Assembly: GCF_006345805.1 (NCBI RefSeq)
Contig: NC_043003.1
Span: 67,270,001 to 67,334,000 of the forward strand
Reading direction: 5' to 3'
Length of the DNA: 64,000 nucleotides
Source: Octopus sinensis
Taxonomy: Eukaryota
Below the pieces are notes generated by a model. The model ran no database searches. It worked only from the letters and a program-made list of their open reading frames with translations, and was not told where the DNA came from. Below, in pieces: positions 25,953 to 39,385 of the stretch (the stretch's first letter is position 1; each line of letters opens with the position of its first letter). The position numbers and the translations under genes were made by a program.

Positions 25953-26139
25953 AATGCATACACACACACATATATATATATATATGTGTGTGTGTGTGCA
26001 CTCACGCTTGTTTGTCTGCGTGTTTAGTTTTAGTATATACGTAAATCAATGTGGCTGTATATCATACCTCCGTGCATGCAATTATAATTTTCCTAGAGTT
26101 GTATGAATCTCAGTGTAATACAACTCTGTCATCAACGGT

Positions 26140-26360
26140 AATATTAATTTGAAATTTTGGCACAATACCAGCAATTTCGAATGATGAGGAAAGCCGATTA
26201 CATCTGCATCTTTTGTCAATTAGTCCTTATTTATCATACCTGAAATGAGGAAAGGTAATGTAGACCTCGGCAGAATTTGAATTAAGGATGCAAAGACGGA
26301 CGAAATGCAACTAAACATTTTCTCCGGCGTACTAACGAATTTTGCCTGCTCGTCTAGTCT
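26140..26360 (-). mobile_element. SINE family A, diverged
   Basis: GACCTCGGCAGAATTTGAA...GACGAAATGC core on the minus strand. Confidence 0.7.
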
Positions 26361-26621
26361 ACTTGTTGTCTTGTCTACAGAAGTATTAACAATACGAACT
26401 GCTAAAGTCAGTATATGACTATACGTGTTTCCCTGCATCTCGGTAGAACCGCCATAAAGGCATGCATTCATCACTCTGCTTTGGGAATGCTACGAACTGA
26501 CGTAGTGTGTTTACAAGCATCTGTCTACAGCGAGAAATTTTCCCCATGTGAAAGTACAGAGGATGGTTTCGTATGGGTTCGAATATGTCAAAAGCTTATT
26601 TGAACTGGTAAAAGGTTTGTA

Positions 26622-26872
26622 TTGCGTTGGTGCATAATTATAGCGGCTTTGTTTCAACAAATTTTATTCAACAAAAACAAAAACAATATTTAAGAAAAAC
26701 ATCTTTAAATGACGGTCTGACTGTCTGCCAAGCAAAGGGGAAGCAGTAATTGAAGTTGATGGTGAATACGCTCCGGAATAATCATTTAAAGATGCTTATG
26801 TTACGTGTTGTTATTTTTTTTTGTTGAATAAAATGTGTTGAAAATAGCCGCAATAATTATGCACCAAACCAA
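26622..26872. mobile_element. mariner-derived MITE with TA target-site duplication
   Basis: TA at 26620-21 and 26873-74. TIR TTGCGTTGGTGCATAATTATAGCGGC / GCCGCAATAATTATGCACCAAACCAA; imperfect inverted arms extend about 90 bp. Confidence 0.85.
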
Positions 26873-28654
26873 TATTTGTTTTTTATGTTGAAAATGAGGA
26901 CAAAGGCCAGAAATGCATGATAGCCTAACATCTCTGCATAGTATCTAAATATCTGAGGAAAAATAAACCTCACTTTATATTCTTTACAAATGGGTGACAA
27001 TACGTTGAAGGGCAATGTGTGCATGTGATATGATTAGGAGCCTGAACATTCGACTCAAATAATCTCTCATTATACAACCCTTTTTTTATTTAAGTCAGAC
27101 TAATTTGTGTTCGTGGAAATATATTTCGCATAGGTGTTCGAGCAAAAACTATTTCCCTAAACTTTAAATATTTTGTGGTTGAATCTTTGCATTTCGAATG
27201 GTAGTGTTCTTGAAATCACTCTCTGTTTCAGAACAAATGACAATTAACTGAACTGTTGACGAATTCCTTTACTTCGGTAATAAATAAAACATGCATGCCT
27301 GTAATATCACGTGGAACATTCCACAGAAATAGTGGTTGTGTAGAGATTAATCTGAGACAGACTTTCACGAAGAAGATTGTAATTAATCGCGACAGTGATC
27401 AACTTTTTTGTGTGCAATCTCGCTTGAATAAATTTCTAATTAAAAGATTAAGCGATATATGAATAAAAGAAATGTTTAACTATAACAAAAATGACGTTTT
27501 GTGAAGTTTTAGTGAAATTCACAGAAAAAAAAAATCACTCACGTAATATCTACTCTGCGACTCTAAATCTTCTTGGAAACGGTGCTTAACAGAGGCCGGA
27601 AGGGAGAATCACAGAGTTGAGACTAATGATAACGTTGGTAGGAAATACAAGCACTATTTTATTTGTGAAAATACATTACGTGACAGTTTGAAATTATCTG
27701 TGTAATCAAATGACAAGACAGTGCTACACTATACATAATCAACAAAGGTGCTCTTACACCTAACCAACTGAGAATGCTACAACCAACGAGTTAAGTAAAA
27801 TATTGTTGAAGTGTTCTCATAGGTATTTGTGGCAGAAAGATTAATCATACGTCACTAGAAACCACGTTTACAAAGTTGGAATACATCGTTTTCAATATAT
27901 GACGGTGGAGAACTTTCTGAAACGCTTCTTTTTCCCAAATATTTATTAGAATTTTTATTCGTACTTATTGAAAGAATCAGTTACCTGATTTAGTGTTTCT
28001 GTAAATAAATTGTTTTCAGGAAAACGGAAAGTGTACATAATAAGTATTTGATGAATTCTGTGACGTAGGAGAAATTAGCAGTTTCAATATCGTTTCTATT
28101 GGCGGAACATCGTGATAGAATTTGTTTAAGTTATAAGAATGTATGGCATTTATTATTTCAATTCAATACGTATTTAATGGACATATGTAGAAACATTTCA
28201 TGCATGGGTCGATGAACGTCCAAACTTATAAAATATTTTATTTGACGATAGAAATAGAATGTAAAATAATTCTAGCCTATACACCAGGTTATTAATTTCT
28301 GTGCTATATTATAGAAGTGCAAATTTAATTCGGAAGGAAATTGATCACGGAATCTGGTTTATAGAATACCATGAGATTGATATGAAGCTATGTATTTATA
28401 GCAGTAACATTGTATCAATATTTTTCTAATCTATGTAAAACGTTACAAAACTCAAACAGGGTTAGAATTATGTAGGATCCTAACATACAGTCTGGTGAAA
28501 TAAATATAACTAGGAATAAGAAAGAAACGGGTAGTGAACTTAACAGCGTCAGTCATTTCTTTTTATGAGATTCCTACAGAATGTATACACTGACAGCCCA
28601 CACACACGTTAATATGTATATGTATATATATATATGTATGTATATATATGTGTA

Positions 28655-28726
<72 letters not shown>

Positions 28727-29184
28727 CTGTCCAATTATTCCTTCGGAGGTTCCACTGGCTTTAGTAATATATAAATTTTTCGTCTTGAGTGTTGTCTGTG
28801 TAATTTGAAGGACCATCATGACCAAAACGAACGACACGTGATGTTCTAAAAGAAGAAAATATAACGGGACCTACAAAAAAAAAATGAACGTACAGAGGAG
28901 AACATTTCGAAATGGTGATGTAATAATTGAAATAATGGTATGGTTTTTGCGACGCCTGCTATCGTAGTCAGAACTAGCAATCTCGCTTGCCGCAGAAAGA
29001 TTTATAGAAATGATTTGCTTATGGGTGATCTTAATTTGGCAAATGAAGAGATATCCAAGGTTTTGCAGTGCAGAAATCTTGCAACGCATAGATAGATCTA
29101 TGCATATGGTTTGTCGAATATAACACTTGGAGTATCGACAGAGTGAAATGATTCCTTCCCGTAAGTAAATTAACCTCTCAGTGC

Positions 29185-29344
29185 TAGAGTGCAAGAGTGG
29201 CTGTGTGGTAAGAGGCTTGCTTCCCAACCAGGTGGTTCCGGGTTCAAACCCACTGCGTGGCACCTTAGGTGACTGTCTTCTACTAAAGCCTCGATCCGAC
29301 CAAAGCCCTGTGAGTGAATTTGTCAGATGGAAACTGATAGAAGC

Positions 29345-29391
<47 letters not shown>

Positions 29392-29650
29392 GTGTGTGTG
29401 TGTGTGTGTCTGTGTGTGTGTCTGTGTGTGTGTGTGTGTGTGTGTATGTGTGTCAGTGTTTTTTCCTCCACCATCGCTTGAAAACTGATGTGGGTGTGTT
29501 TAGGTCCCCGTAACTAAGCGGTTCGGCAAAGGAGACCGATGGCATAAGTACTAGGCTTATAACGAATAAGTCCTGGGGGGATTTGTTCGATTAAACCTGG
29601 TGCTCCAGCGTGGCCACAGTCAAACGAATGAAACAAGTAAAATAATAAAA
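29185..29650 (+). mobile_element. SINE family B, full length with internal microsatellite
   Basis: Head GAGTGGCTGTGTGGTAAGAGGCTTGCTTCCCAACCAGGTGGTTCCGGGTTCAAACCC through tail CAGTCAAACGAATGAAACAAGTAAAA. Confidence 0.85.
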
Positions 29651-29979
29651 GAATATAACATAGAAAGAAATTTACACGTCATCAAAAACTGACCACCTGC
29701 ACGGAGAACAGCGAAAGCTAAGAAGCGTAAGGCGCAGAGAAAACAGCAACGGAACTCTTTGTTTAGTAAATGAATTTTGACTGAGAGATGGAGGAAGGTG
29801 CCTAATTTGACTAACTTAATGAGATTGGATTTACAAGGAACTATTTCAGTACAAATAATTATTTCGCGACAGAAGCAGTATTGATAACGAAACGTAATAT
29901 TTATCTACACTTAAAAGTGGATGTTTTGTTAGAATACGCAATACTACAATACGAGAATTTCTCATATAGGCTTTCACTG

Positions 29980-30195
29980 AATATATATTTCTTTATTGCC
30001 CACAAGGGGCTAAACATAGAGAGGACAAACAAGAAGAGATAAAGGGATTAAGTCGATTACATCGACCAAGGTGCGTAACTGGTACTTAATTTATCGACCC
30101 CGAAACGATGAAAGGCAAAGTCGACCTCGGCGGTATTTGAACTCAGAACGCAACCGCAGACGAAATACAGCTACGCATTTCGCCCGGCGTGCTAA
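29980..30195 (-). mobile_element. SINE family A monomer
   Basis: Matches 7461-7699. Confidence 0.85.
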
Positions 30196-31553
30196 GCGCT
30201 CTTCATATCACACTAGCTATGTAAACAAGAGGGCCATTCGCGACACCAGTGCCTAATTATAACCTGTCATTCTATGTATTTCGCTGCTATCTCCAGCAGA
30301 AGAGCGTCAACCACTGACAAGACCAGTGAAATCGCGTAATTTGGTAGTCTCAGTGTTGGTGATATTGGGTGATTTATCTCCCGTCAGTGATGTAAACAAG
30401 AGTAGTTATATGCACCGAAAGCCCATACCAGTAATTGTCTCATGGTAACTACCGCAGTATTCTGTGTTCTAACGCATCTACATTGTGGTTCGGACAAATA
30501 ATTTTCATGATAAACATTTGTTATCTCTGTGTATTTATCCTACAATAAATAAAATAGCATTGGTTACTTTATTATATTTAATATTACAATATTACATAGA
30601 TTTTTGTAAAAATAACATTAATGCTTTTACTTGAATTTCTCTTCTTGAAATACATCTAAGCTTCATAAAAAATTATATTAGATAATATTTGGAATAGAGG
30701 AATGGCCGTCTTTAATGGAAATTCACTGATAGAAATACATACATTCCATTATCATCCATCAGTCTTCTTTATCCAAGTTTTAATATGGCAGATTATTTTC
30801 CAGAAGCAATTGCATTTTCTCTTTTAATACCGATGGTATTTTGCTGCTATTGGATTAGAAAATTTCTTTTGACAATATGAATTACATGCTTAGAATTCTA
30901 CAGTGTGGAGGGAATCTCTAGGTGACCGGAATGACTTCAGAAAAGTATCTTTACTGATTGTAAAGGACTGTCATTATTTTCAATATATATTCCTTATTGG
31001 TCAATGGATATTTTTATGATGTTCAGATGCATCTAGTGTGGTATCCTACATGATGGCATAATTTCGTATGTTGTGTGTGAAACTTCAACAGTAATACTTG
31101 TCCACCTACAGGCTATTGAGCATCAAATTTATTTTTCTTTCAAATATATAGCAAACTCTATTAAGTGGACTGATACAATAATACTCTATCCAATGTTACA
31201 AACAAAACAGAGCACAATATATAAAATTCTGGCGAGTAATTCAACAGGAAGGTTCTAAAGAATTCAAATATATGTAACTGTATTCATTCACAGCGAATTG
31301 GCTGTGTGAATGAAATATTAGATTTCCAAGTCATTCAGTGCATAAATTTATTGCCGATAAAGCAGTTATATGATTTTCAGCAACAAGTGATTTTATGGAT
31401 AATGCCTTAATTTACGCACCTCTGGGGAAAACGTTCAATACATTTATCTCAAGGAAACGAGCGCAAATAACTGGATATGTATGTATATATGTATGTATAT
31501 GTACATATATAAAGATACTTATAAATAGATATATAAATATGAATATATAAATA

Positions 31554-31584
<31 letters not shown>

Positions 31585-31590
<6 letters not shown>

Positions 31591-31815
31591 AAGGTTTATG
31601 AAAATAAATAAAAGACGAAGGCAGGTTTACGAAAATAAACAAAAGACGAAGGCAGGTGGAGTACAAACAAATAAGGTATTAGTATGGCGCTCAGAAATAG
31701 AAATAAAACAAATCTTTTGCGTTTCGAGCCTACGCTCTTCGACAGAAAGATACACAGAAAAGAAACAAGGAGAGAAACAATTGCGTGTAGGGGCTAACGA
31801 TTCAACATGGCGCTC

Positions 31816-31818
<3 letters not shown>
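31585..31818 (-). mobile_element. Family F element with variant HHR at 31750-31713
   Basis: Minus strand TCTTT-CTGTCGA-A-GAGC-GTAG-GCTC-GAAAC-GCA-AAAGA (5-bp stem I). (AT)n on both sides and a ~30-bp tandem duplication at the 3' end (31595-31655). Confidence 0.7.
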
Positions 31819-31894
<76 letters not shown>

Positions 31895-31939
31895 GCCCAC
31901 ACAAAGAAATACATGTATAGAACTGTAGTCATCTAATTA

Positions 31940-33520
31940 CAATGTTTTATTCATACGAACACTACCTAACGACAGAAGACTTTGTCACAAGATACAATAC
32001 CGGCATTCTGATATACTTCTTAACTTGGGTAGCAGATATATATATATCATGGTGCCAAACAATAGAAGTTGAAACTTCCAGAAATATCACCCTCCCCATC
32101 GACGCTTTTACGATCTGCAATAATACTGATGGCAAATTGTACACCAAAAACAAAAATATTAAGGATAACAAGCGTAATTATAACGACTGGCTAATAATCC
32201 CCTTCGCGACACAACTAAAAACCAATATATTTAAATCTATAACGAGCCTTGTAAATAAGCACTTTCATAATGAATACGAAATACTCAGAAACCTTCAGTA
32301 ATAAAATTAGAATAGGCCATAGCCTAAACTAACAACCCTGCTAGTATTATAGCATCCATTAACAATAAAAAGCTAGACTCCTTCTCAAAAACTAGGAAAA
32401 ATAACAATAATAACCGCAACAACCAATCGATTGATATAATAAGCGACCCCCCAAATAACTCGCCCTCTAATAATACGGACAACCACCTTATAAACAGTAT
32501 ACCCTCTCACCATATTATAAGTACAGATAACCTTACTAATCTATGGGGTTGCAGAAATAAAAATACTTCTGAATTCATGAATAAATGTAAAACTAAGAAT
32601 GTAATAAACCTACGTGATGTATTCTCCATTAATTACAAGAATACTTGTATAGGAGCAACTAAAAATGAAATGAAACCTAGATATAATTACCATCTCTCAA
32701 GCTTCAGGAATAGAAATAAGGCTAACTCGACAGGATTAAGCAGTTATATCTGGGAACTTAAAGATAAAAACATTAATTATAGATTAGAATGGTGCATCCT
32801 TGCCAAAACATCTTCATACAACCTTAAAAATAAACGCTGTATTTATGCAAAAATGAGAAATTCTTCATATTAATGGCCAAATCAGAATTGCTTAATAAAC
32901 GAGACAAGCAAAACTAGCATGCTTACATAAAGATAAATTCTTCTCCGTTAATACCTAACTTATATTACTGTTTATTAGCTGATTGGTCTAACCTCTGATT
33001 TCCTCCTATTGACCCTCCCTCTTACCACATTGCACGACATAATATCATAAACCACAATAATATTCAATTTACTTCGATTAACTAAAGTCATTGATTTTAG
33101 ATGCAAGATGTACACCTGGAGCTACAATTTTCTTTAATGTATTCTCATTAAAGTTTTGATCACTGGCTAACATACTAATTGCTAGTGCTGCCATTAACAC
33201 ATATACGATTAATCGAGCGATTTACCCTATTCTACACGAGTTGATCTGTTTTAATTATATTAACGAGTAGTATACCCTGAACACATATAACAACACTTTA
33301 TTTATTGTACCTATTTACGTAAACTAGATTTATATACAGTATATCGCACTTAAACTTTTAAGAGCGTTCCAAATTTCCTTTTTTTGTTTTTCTTTCTTCG
33401 TTTCCTTTTCTTTTTCCTTTTTTCCTGTCAACATTCCATCTCCTGTCAATATTCCTCTGGTAAAGTTCAAATCATTCTGATGGTGCTTGATATATGGAAC
33501 GAGATAAACACAAGTTTATC
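31940..33520 (+). mobile_element. Decayed Penelope-like element (linker, GIY-YIG endonuclease, 3' UTR)
   Basis: WLIIPFATQLKTNIFKSITSLVNKHFH (~W.NPP.S..VKTN..K.F..L..KHF); GCRNK; CIGATKNEMKPRYNYHLSSFRNRNKANSTGLSSYIWELKDKNINYRLEWCIL. Begins just after an (AT)n tract. Confidence 0.85.
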
Positions 33521-33739
33521 CCCAAAATAACAAGCTGTAACTGTTATCTCAACTATAAACTACTATCATTCAATACTAATGATCAACTTCTAATTGTTAC
33601 ACGTTGCTCCATTTCTTCTCGTATCTTATCAGGGTTTACCATGGAATTAGCAACTACTGTTAACCTCACAGCAAGGCCAAATCTTATTTAGATAATGCAC
33701 CAGGAGAGCATACGGATACATGTATCCCTTAGACGGTTG

Positions 33740-33757
33740 CATAAATTCTCTCTCTCC

Positions 33758-33790
<33 letters not shown>

Positions 33791-34117
33791 CATATATACA
33801 TATACATATATATATATACATATATAGTAGAAGAAATAGCTATAACTCTTTGACTGCTATTTCTAAATTCGGTATGTGGTAAGGCAATTCGTTGCTAAAC
33901 CCTTTATTGCTTAGTATTACTTAAATTTTCCTCGAATGAGGCTTTTACATGCCGAAGACTACTTGGTGTAATTGATAATTATTCCAAATTAATTAATTTC
34001 ACCCTTCATTATTACGGAAACCATATAATACATATATATATATACATATACATATATATATGTACATATAACATATATATACATATTCATATACATATAT
34101 ATATACATATACATATA

Positions 34118-34153
<36 letters not shown>

Positions 34154-34350
34154 CATATATATATACATATATATATACATATATAGATACATATATATGC
34201 ATATATATATATATATAATATATTTATACATATATATATATACATATATATATATATAACATCTATATATTATATATACATATATATATACATACATATA
34301 CATACATATATATATATACATACATATACATACATAGGTCCATACATATA
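33740..34350. repeat. (AT)n/(ATAC)n low-complexity tracts
   Basis: Read directly from the sequence (33740-33830 and 34025-34350). Confidence 0.9.
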
Positions 34351-34383
34351 TACCTGTGTGTGTGTGTGCGTGTATATGTGTTT

Positions 34384-34752
34384 GGACGTGTAATGGCCCA
34401 GTGGTTAATGTAGCAGACTCGCGGCCGCAGTATCGCGGTTGCGATTCCCAGATAGGGCGTTATGAGTGTTTATTGAGCGAAAGCACATGAAAAGCTCCAC
34501 GAGACTCGGGTGAGCCCTGCTTTACTCTTTCACCACAACTTTCTCTCACTCTTTCTTCCTATTTCTCTTGTACCTCTATTTCAAAAGGGCAGCCTTGTCA
34601 CAGTATGTGTCATGCTGAATCTCCCCGAGAACTATGTTAAGGGTACACCTGTCTGTAGAGAGCTCAGCCACTTACACGTTAATTTTAACGAGCAAGCTGT
34701 TCCGTTGATCGGATCAACTGGAAACCTCGTCGTCGTAACCGACAGAGTGTCA
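34384..34752 (+). mobile_element. SINE family D
   Basis: Head TAATGGCCCAGTGGTT...GGTTGCGATTCC and shared C/D tail ending GTCGTAACCGACAGAGTGTC. Confidence 0.85.
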
Positions 34753-34754
34753 CG

Positions 34755-34786
<32 letters not shown>

Positions 34787-34796
34787 ATATATATAT

Positions 34797-36698
34797 ACCG
34801 AGTAAACACATAAATGTGAAACAAGGTGGAAAAAAGAGTACTCAATACCAGTGGTAGAGTAATATGCTTTATTTTAAGCAGCAGAAAATTCAACAAAATC
34901 TGTTACTCTGAGTTTCTCGTTGCCGTTCATCAGACAGTTTTTGCTAGAATGGAACCGATATATCAATTTAATCTAGACTCTTACAAACGCTACACCTTTA
35001 AAAAGAAATGGACTTGTTTGATTTGCCCTTTAGAAAAAAACGGTCAATCTTCGAGCGATAAACAAAAAGGTCAAAAAATATATGTATATATATATAAAAA
35101 AACACTTATAAAAAAATTATAAAATCCGAAGAAAAAACCTTACATTGAATAAAAACATATGACGTTAATGAAGAAAGTATAAATTAATTCATAGAATTAA
35201 ACCTGTTATAAATATTACACTGCAATAACATTTTTCTTAAAATGTGCATATATATATCAACATACACAAAAGGATGCGCGCAAACGCCATACATATACAG
35301 ACGTATGAATATAAATCTAAATATACACATAAATGCATGTGTACATATATTCACGCAAACCATCTCGCACGCAAGTTAAAAATGATCTATGTAGCGATTC
35401 TCATATACTGAGTAAGGGGGGGGACGAAAGAAAGGAAGAGAGAGAAAAAGGAACGAAGGAGGGGTGGGGAAAAAAACGAAATAAGAAAAAATAAAAAATT
35501 ATGTATACAAGCTGTGTAACGTCATTATTGGCATATATGGAGACAAGTATAAACACAAGTTCGAATGGATACATACACCTACAGTCGTGTATATGTGTGC
35601 TTAAGCACAAACATACTCTCACTTACACATACACAGATACACATGCTTACAAATACATATCTTCGGCTATACACATACTTACATCAACATTCTAATTTTG
35701 ACAACATTGCTTTTTTTAAAAAAAACATTGCTTTTTTTAAAAAGAATGGGTGCATTAATAAAAATATATACGAAAGACATAAAATAAAATATAACACCCT
35801 ATTTTGGATCATTTATAAATAATCAAGGTAATATAAATAATCAAGGTAATCCTATACAATACAATAACATGAAAACAAAGTCGCAGGCTTTTCCTGATGT
35901 ATATGTAGAAACATAAGACTTTGCTATACAGATTAAGATCCGCATAGCTTGGAAACAAAATCCATCGTAGCGCTCATCGTTCAAGAGTCAAAATCAAAAT
36001 TTCAAAAATCAAAAATACAAAATATTTACTCTATCCATATGGTATATTTATATTCGACATTTTAAATTTAGCCGCGTGCCTACATAAGTTCATTAACTCA
36101 CTTCTTTGATTCAAAGAATTATTGTCTTTGAATAAGATGTACATTTTTTCTAATAGACAAAGTTTGCACTTGAAATTATTTTTGTATGCTCCATGCCTGC
36201 ATGGTGCCGCCCTGTCCAGAATGCTCCATGTCACGTTGAAAGGTGGGGCCTCCTTTTCTTTTAGTTCCCAGACATATTTTGCTAGGCTGGTCCTCTTCCT
36301 ATTCTCTGGGTATTTAAATGAATTTTTATGAGAATAAAATCTTGTTTTAAATGAATTTTCTGAAGCCCCTGTGTATGTCTTGTATTCTGATGAGCTTCCA
36401 CTTGCACCTTGGCTCTATAAACTACTCCTTTCACTAGACATTTCCCTTCTAACGGACAGGAGCTTTCGTTTTTGAAATTGCATTTCTTAATGGGCTCGGC
36501 ACCATGTCTAATCTCAATTAGCTTCCTATTATGTTGGCTAACGTAAGAGGCGAAATTTCTGCAACAAGAATAGCTAACCTTCAGGGTTCTTCTGTTAAAT
36601 ATCCTATAGAATTTATGACCCTGCTTAAAATGCTTAGAGACTAAACTCAAAAATTCCTTACCTATATTAGTCTTTACGGCCAAATTGAAAGCCAAATA
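34797..36698 (-). mobile_element. 5'-truncated Penelope-like element with GIY-YIG domain and 3' pseudo-LTR
   Basis: AFNLAVKTNIGKEFLSLVSKHF..HKFYRIFNRRTLKVSYSC..N...HNRK; CPLEGKCLVKGVVYRAKV; after one frameshift YTGASENSFKTRFYSHKNSFKY...TSLAKYVWELK...VTWSILDRA...CKLCLLEK...LNQRSELMNLCRH; stop at 36031. HHR near the 3' end. Confidence 0.92.
34900..34937 (-). ncRNA. Minimal type I hammerhead ribozyme in the PLE pseudo-LTR
   Basis: CTGT-CTGATGA-aCGgcaaCGa-GAAAC-TCAGA-GTA-ACAG: 4-bp stem I, weak 2-bp stem II with GCAA loop, near-palindromic stem III, GUA cleavage triplet. Confidence 0.75.
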
Positions 36699-37179
36699 TA
36701 CACATGCATTTATGTGTATATTTAGATTTATATTCATACGTCTGTATATGTATGGCGTTTGCGCGCATCCTTTTGTGTATGTTGATATATATATATGCAC
36801 ATTTTAAGAGAAATATGTATTGCAGTGTAATATTTATAACAGGTTTAATTTCTATGAATTAATTTATACTTTCTTCATTAACGTCAATATGTATTTTATT
36901 CAATGTAAGGATTTTTCTTCGGATTTTATAATTTTTTTATAAGTGTTTTTTTATATATATATACATATATTTTTTTACCTTTTTGTTTATCGCTCGAAGA
37001 TTGACCGTTTCTTTCTAAAGGGCCAATCAAACAAGTCCATTTCTTTTTAAAGGTGTAGCGTTTGTAAGAGTCTAGATTAAATTGATATATCGGTTCCATT
37101 CTAGCAAAAACTGTCTGATGAACGGCAACGAGAAACTCAGAGTAACAGATTTTGTTGAATTTTCTGCTGCTTAAAATAA

Positions 37180-37181
<2 letters not shown>
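36699..37181 (+). repeat. Inverted copy of the PLE 3' segment 34867-35343 (inverted pseudo-LTR)
   Basis: About 480 bp, reverse-complement match with few differences. Abuts the truncated ORF at 36698 and ends in (AT)n. Confidence 0.93.
37111..37148 (+). ncRNA. Second copy of the same hammerhead ribozyme
   Basis: CTGTCTGATGAACGGCAACGAGAAACTCAGAGTAACAG. Confidence 0.75.
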
Positions 37182-37218
<37 letters not shown>

Positions 37219-38274
37219 TTGCCTCTGTGTGTGTGTGTGTGTGTATTTATACACACACATATACATACATATTAGTGTTACAAAGAAATTGTGAAGTAGT
37301 TTTGCCTCGGAGATGTGATATTGTTTCCGATATTGCCACATAACAAACAGTTATTTTACTAAACTACCAAGAGTAAATACGAAATACGGAAATTTAGAGA
37401 GGCGCAGATGTGCTCACATATGAAATTGATTTTGTTTATGATATTACTTGTTAGAAATGTGGATACATAAATATAAATTCAAGTTTTGGTTATGTAGTTT
37501 GTTTCGTCTTCATCAATTCAATTTTAGTAATAACCTTTTAGAAGACTTCGTTTATACTGTAATATTTATGAGCAGTTTGTAAATCTAGTTGGTTAATGTT
37601 GTTTAAAATGTCCTATTTTTGTTATTAAACTATAGTTTCTATATTTAATTACAATATACTCTTCTCTTCTGAACACTATAAAACCATAAGCTTCTATAAA
37701 ATTGAATCCATAATTCTGGTTTCATTCAATTATGATGTAAATATTAGACGATTAATAGAGTTGAGCAAATTTATAAACCATGCACAAAATTATTTCTTCT
37801 AAAAATTAAACCTCGTAAGGAAATCAATAGTCATTTCTCAACATTAAGTGAAAGAGTTGTCTATTCAGTTATTGAAACATGAATTATTGTGGTAAATTGT
37901 GACCAAAATAAATAAATGTTCTACTGAATAGTTTCTATTTAGGTCATGAATCATTCGTCGATTTTATTACATTCTTCAGTGGTGTTTTCGTTATTTAACC
38001 CCAGACTTCGGTCCAACGATTTCAGCCACGACAATCTCGTGACAAATCTTCATAGGACTAATGTTTCACGCACTAAATTATGAAATGTTTTTACACCGTA
38101 TTTTTGAATATGCGTGCCTTGTCGCTTTTAAGATTGCAATGGTGAGTGACCACCTAAGAGGGATCTCCCTTTCAGTAAATGCAAATAGGGATCGTAGAAT
38201 AAATACGCATGAGGTTATGCCTTTGTGAATAACATTTTCGTCTTCATCTATTAAATTTTCTTTTTTTTTCCTTT

Positions 38275-39130
38275 ATAGTTGTTTCTGTCGTTTGACTGCG
38301 GCCATGCTGGAGCACTGCATTGAAGTGTCTTGGTAGAAGAAAAAGACGCCAGGACTTATTTTTTAAGCCTAGTACTTATTCCAGTCGTCTCTTTAGCCGA
38401 ACTGCTACGTAACGGGGACGTAAACACACCAACACCAGTCGTCAAGCAGTGATAAGTGTACAAACACAGAAAAAAGACACACACATACACACACTCTCGT
38501 TTATCCATGCAGCGCCATGTACAACTTGTAGTAAAAAAGCCACCCCTTGAATATTATGTACGACTCTCATCCTCTTTTCCTTGCCTTTCTCCCTTATTCT
38601 TTTTCTTCTATCTCTCTCTCTTTTTCTGTTTTTCTGCCCTTCTATCTCTGTCTATCCCTTTCCAACTTTCCTTTTATTTGCTTCCTCACTTATACCTTTT
38701 CTTTCCCCCTCCCTCTCCTTCTCTGGTCCCCCGTTATTTCTTTCCCCTCTCTCCTATTCCTTAGTCCCAATGCACTCTTCAACTCATCTCTTTGCGCTAG
38801 CTTACTTCACTCGTCTGAAAGACCCTGTGTGCTTTGTTTTATTGTAAATGTATTAATATTCTCCTTTCGTTGTAAAGCCGAAGGCGGTTTGTCCATTGTA
38901 TTACTCTTTACTCTTTTAATTGTTTCAGTCATTTGACTGCGGCCATGCTGCAGCACCGCCTTTAGTCGAGCAAATCGACCCCGGGACTTATACTTTGTAA
39001 GCCCAGTACTTATTCTACCGTCTCTTTTGCGGAACCGCTAAGTGGCGGCGACGTAAACACACCAGCATCGGTTGTCAAGCAATGCTAGGGAGACAAACAT
39101 AGACACACAAACACACACACACACACACAC

Positions 39131-39210
<80 letters not shown>

Positions 39211-39385
39211 CATATATACGACAGGCTTCTTTCAGTTTCCGTCTACCAAATCCACTCACAAGGCATTGGTCGGCCCGGGGCTATAGTAGAAGACACTTGC
39301 CCAAGATGCCACGCAGTGGGACTGAACACGGAACCATGTGGTTGGTTAGCAAGCTACTTACCACACAGCCACTCCTACGCATAAT
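38275..39385 (-). mobile_element. SINE family B: 3' fragment (38275-38470) and full copy (about 38900-39385)
   Basis: TTTGACTGCGGCCATGCTG...CCACACAGCCACTCC on the plus strand is the reverse complement of the B consensus. Confidence 0.85.

Noticed and set aside
33470-33520. CTGATGG in the PLE 3' UTR as an HHR
   Set aside because: Core mismatched, with no GAAAC or pairing stems; at most a fossil.
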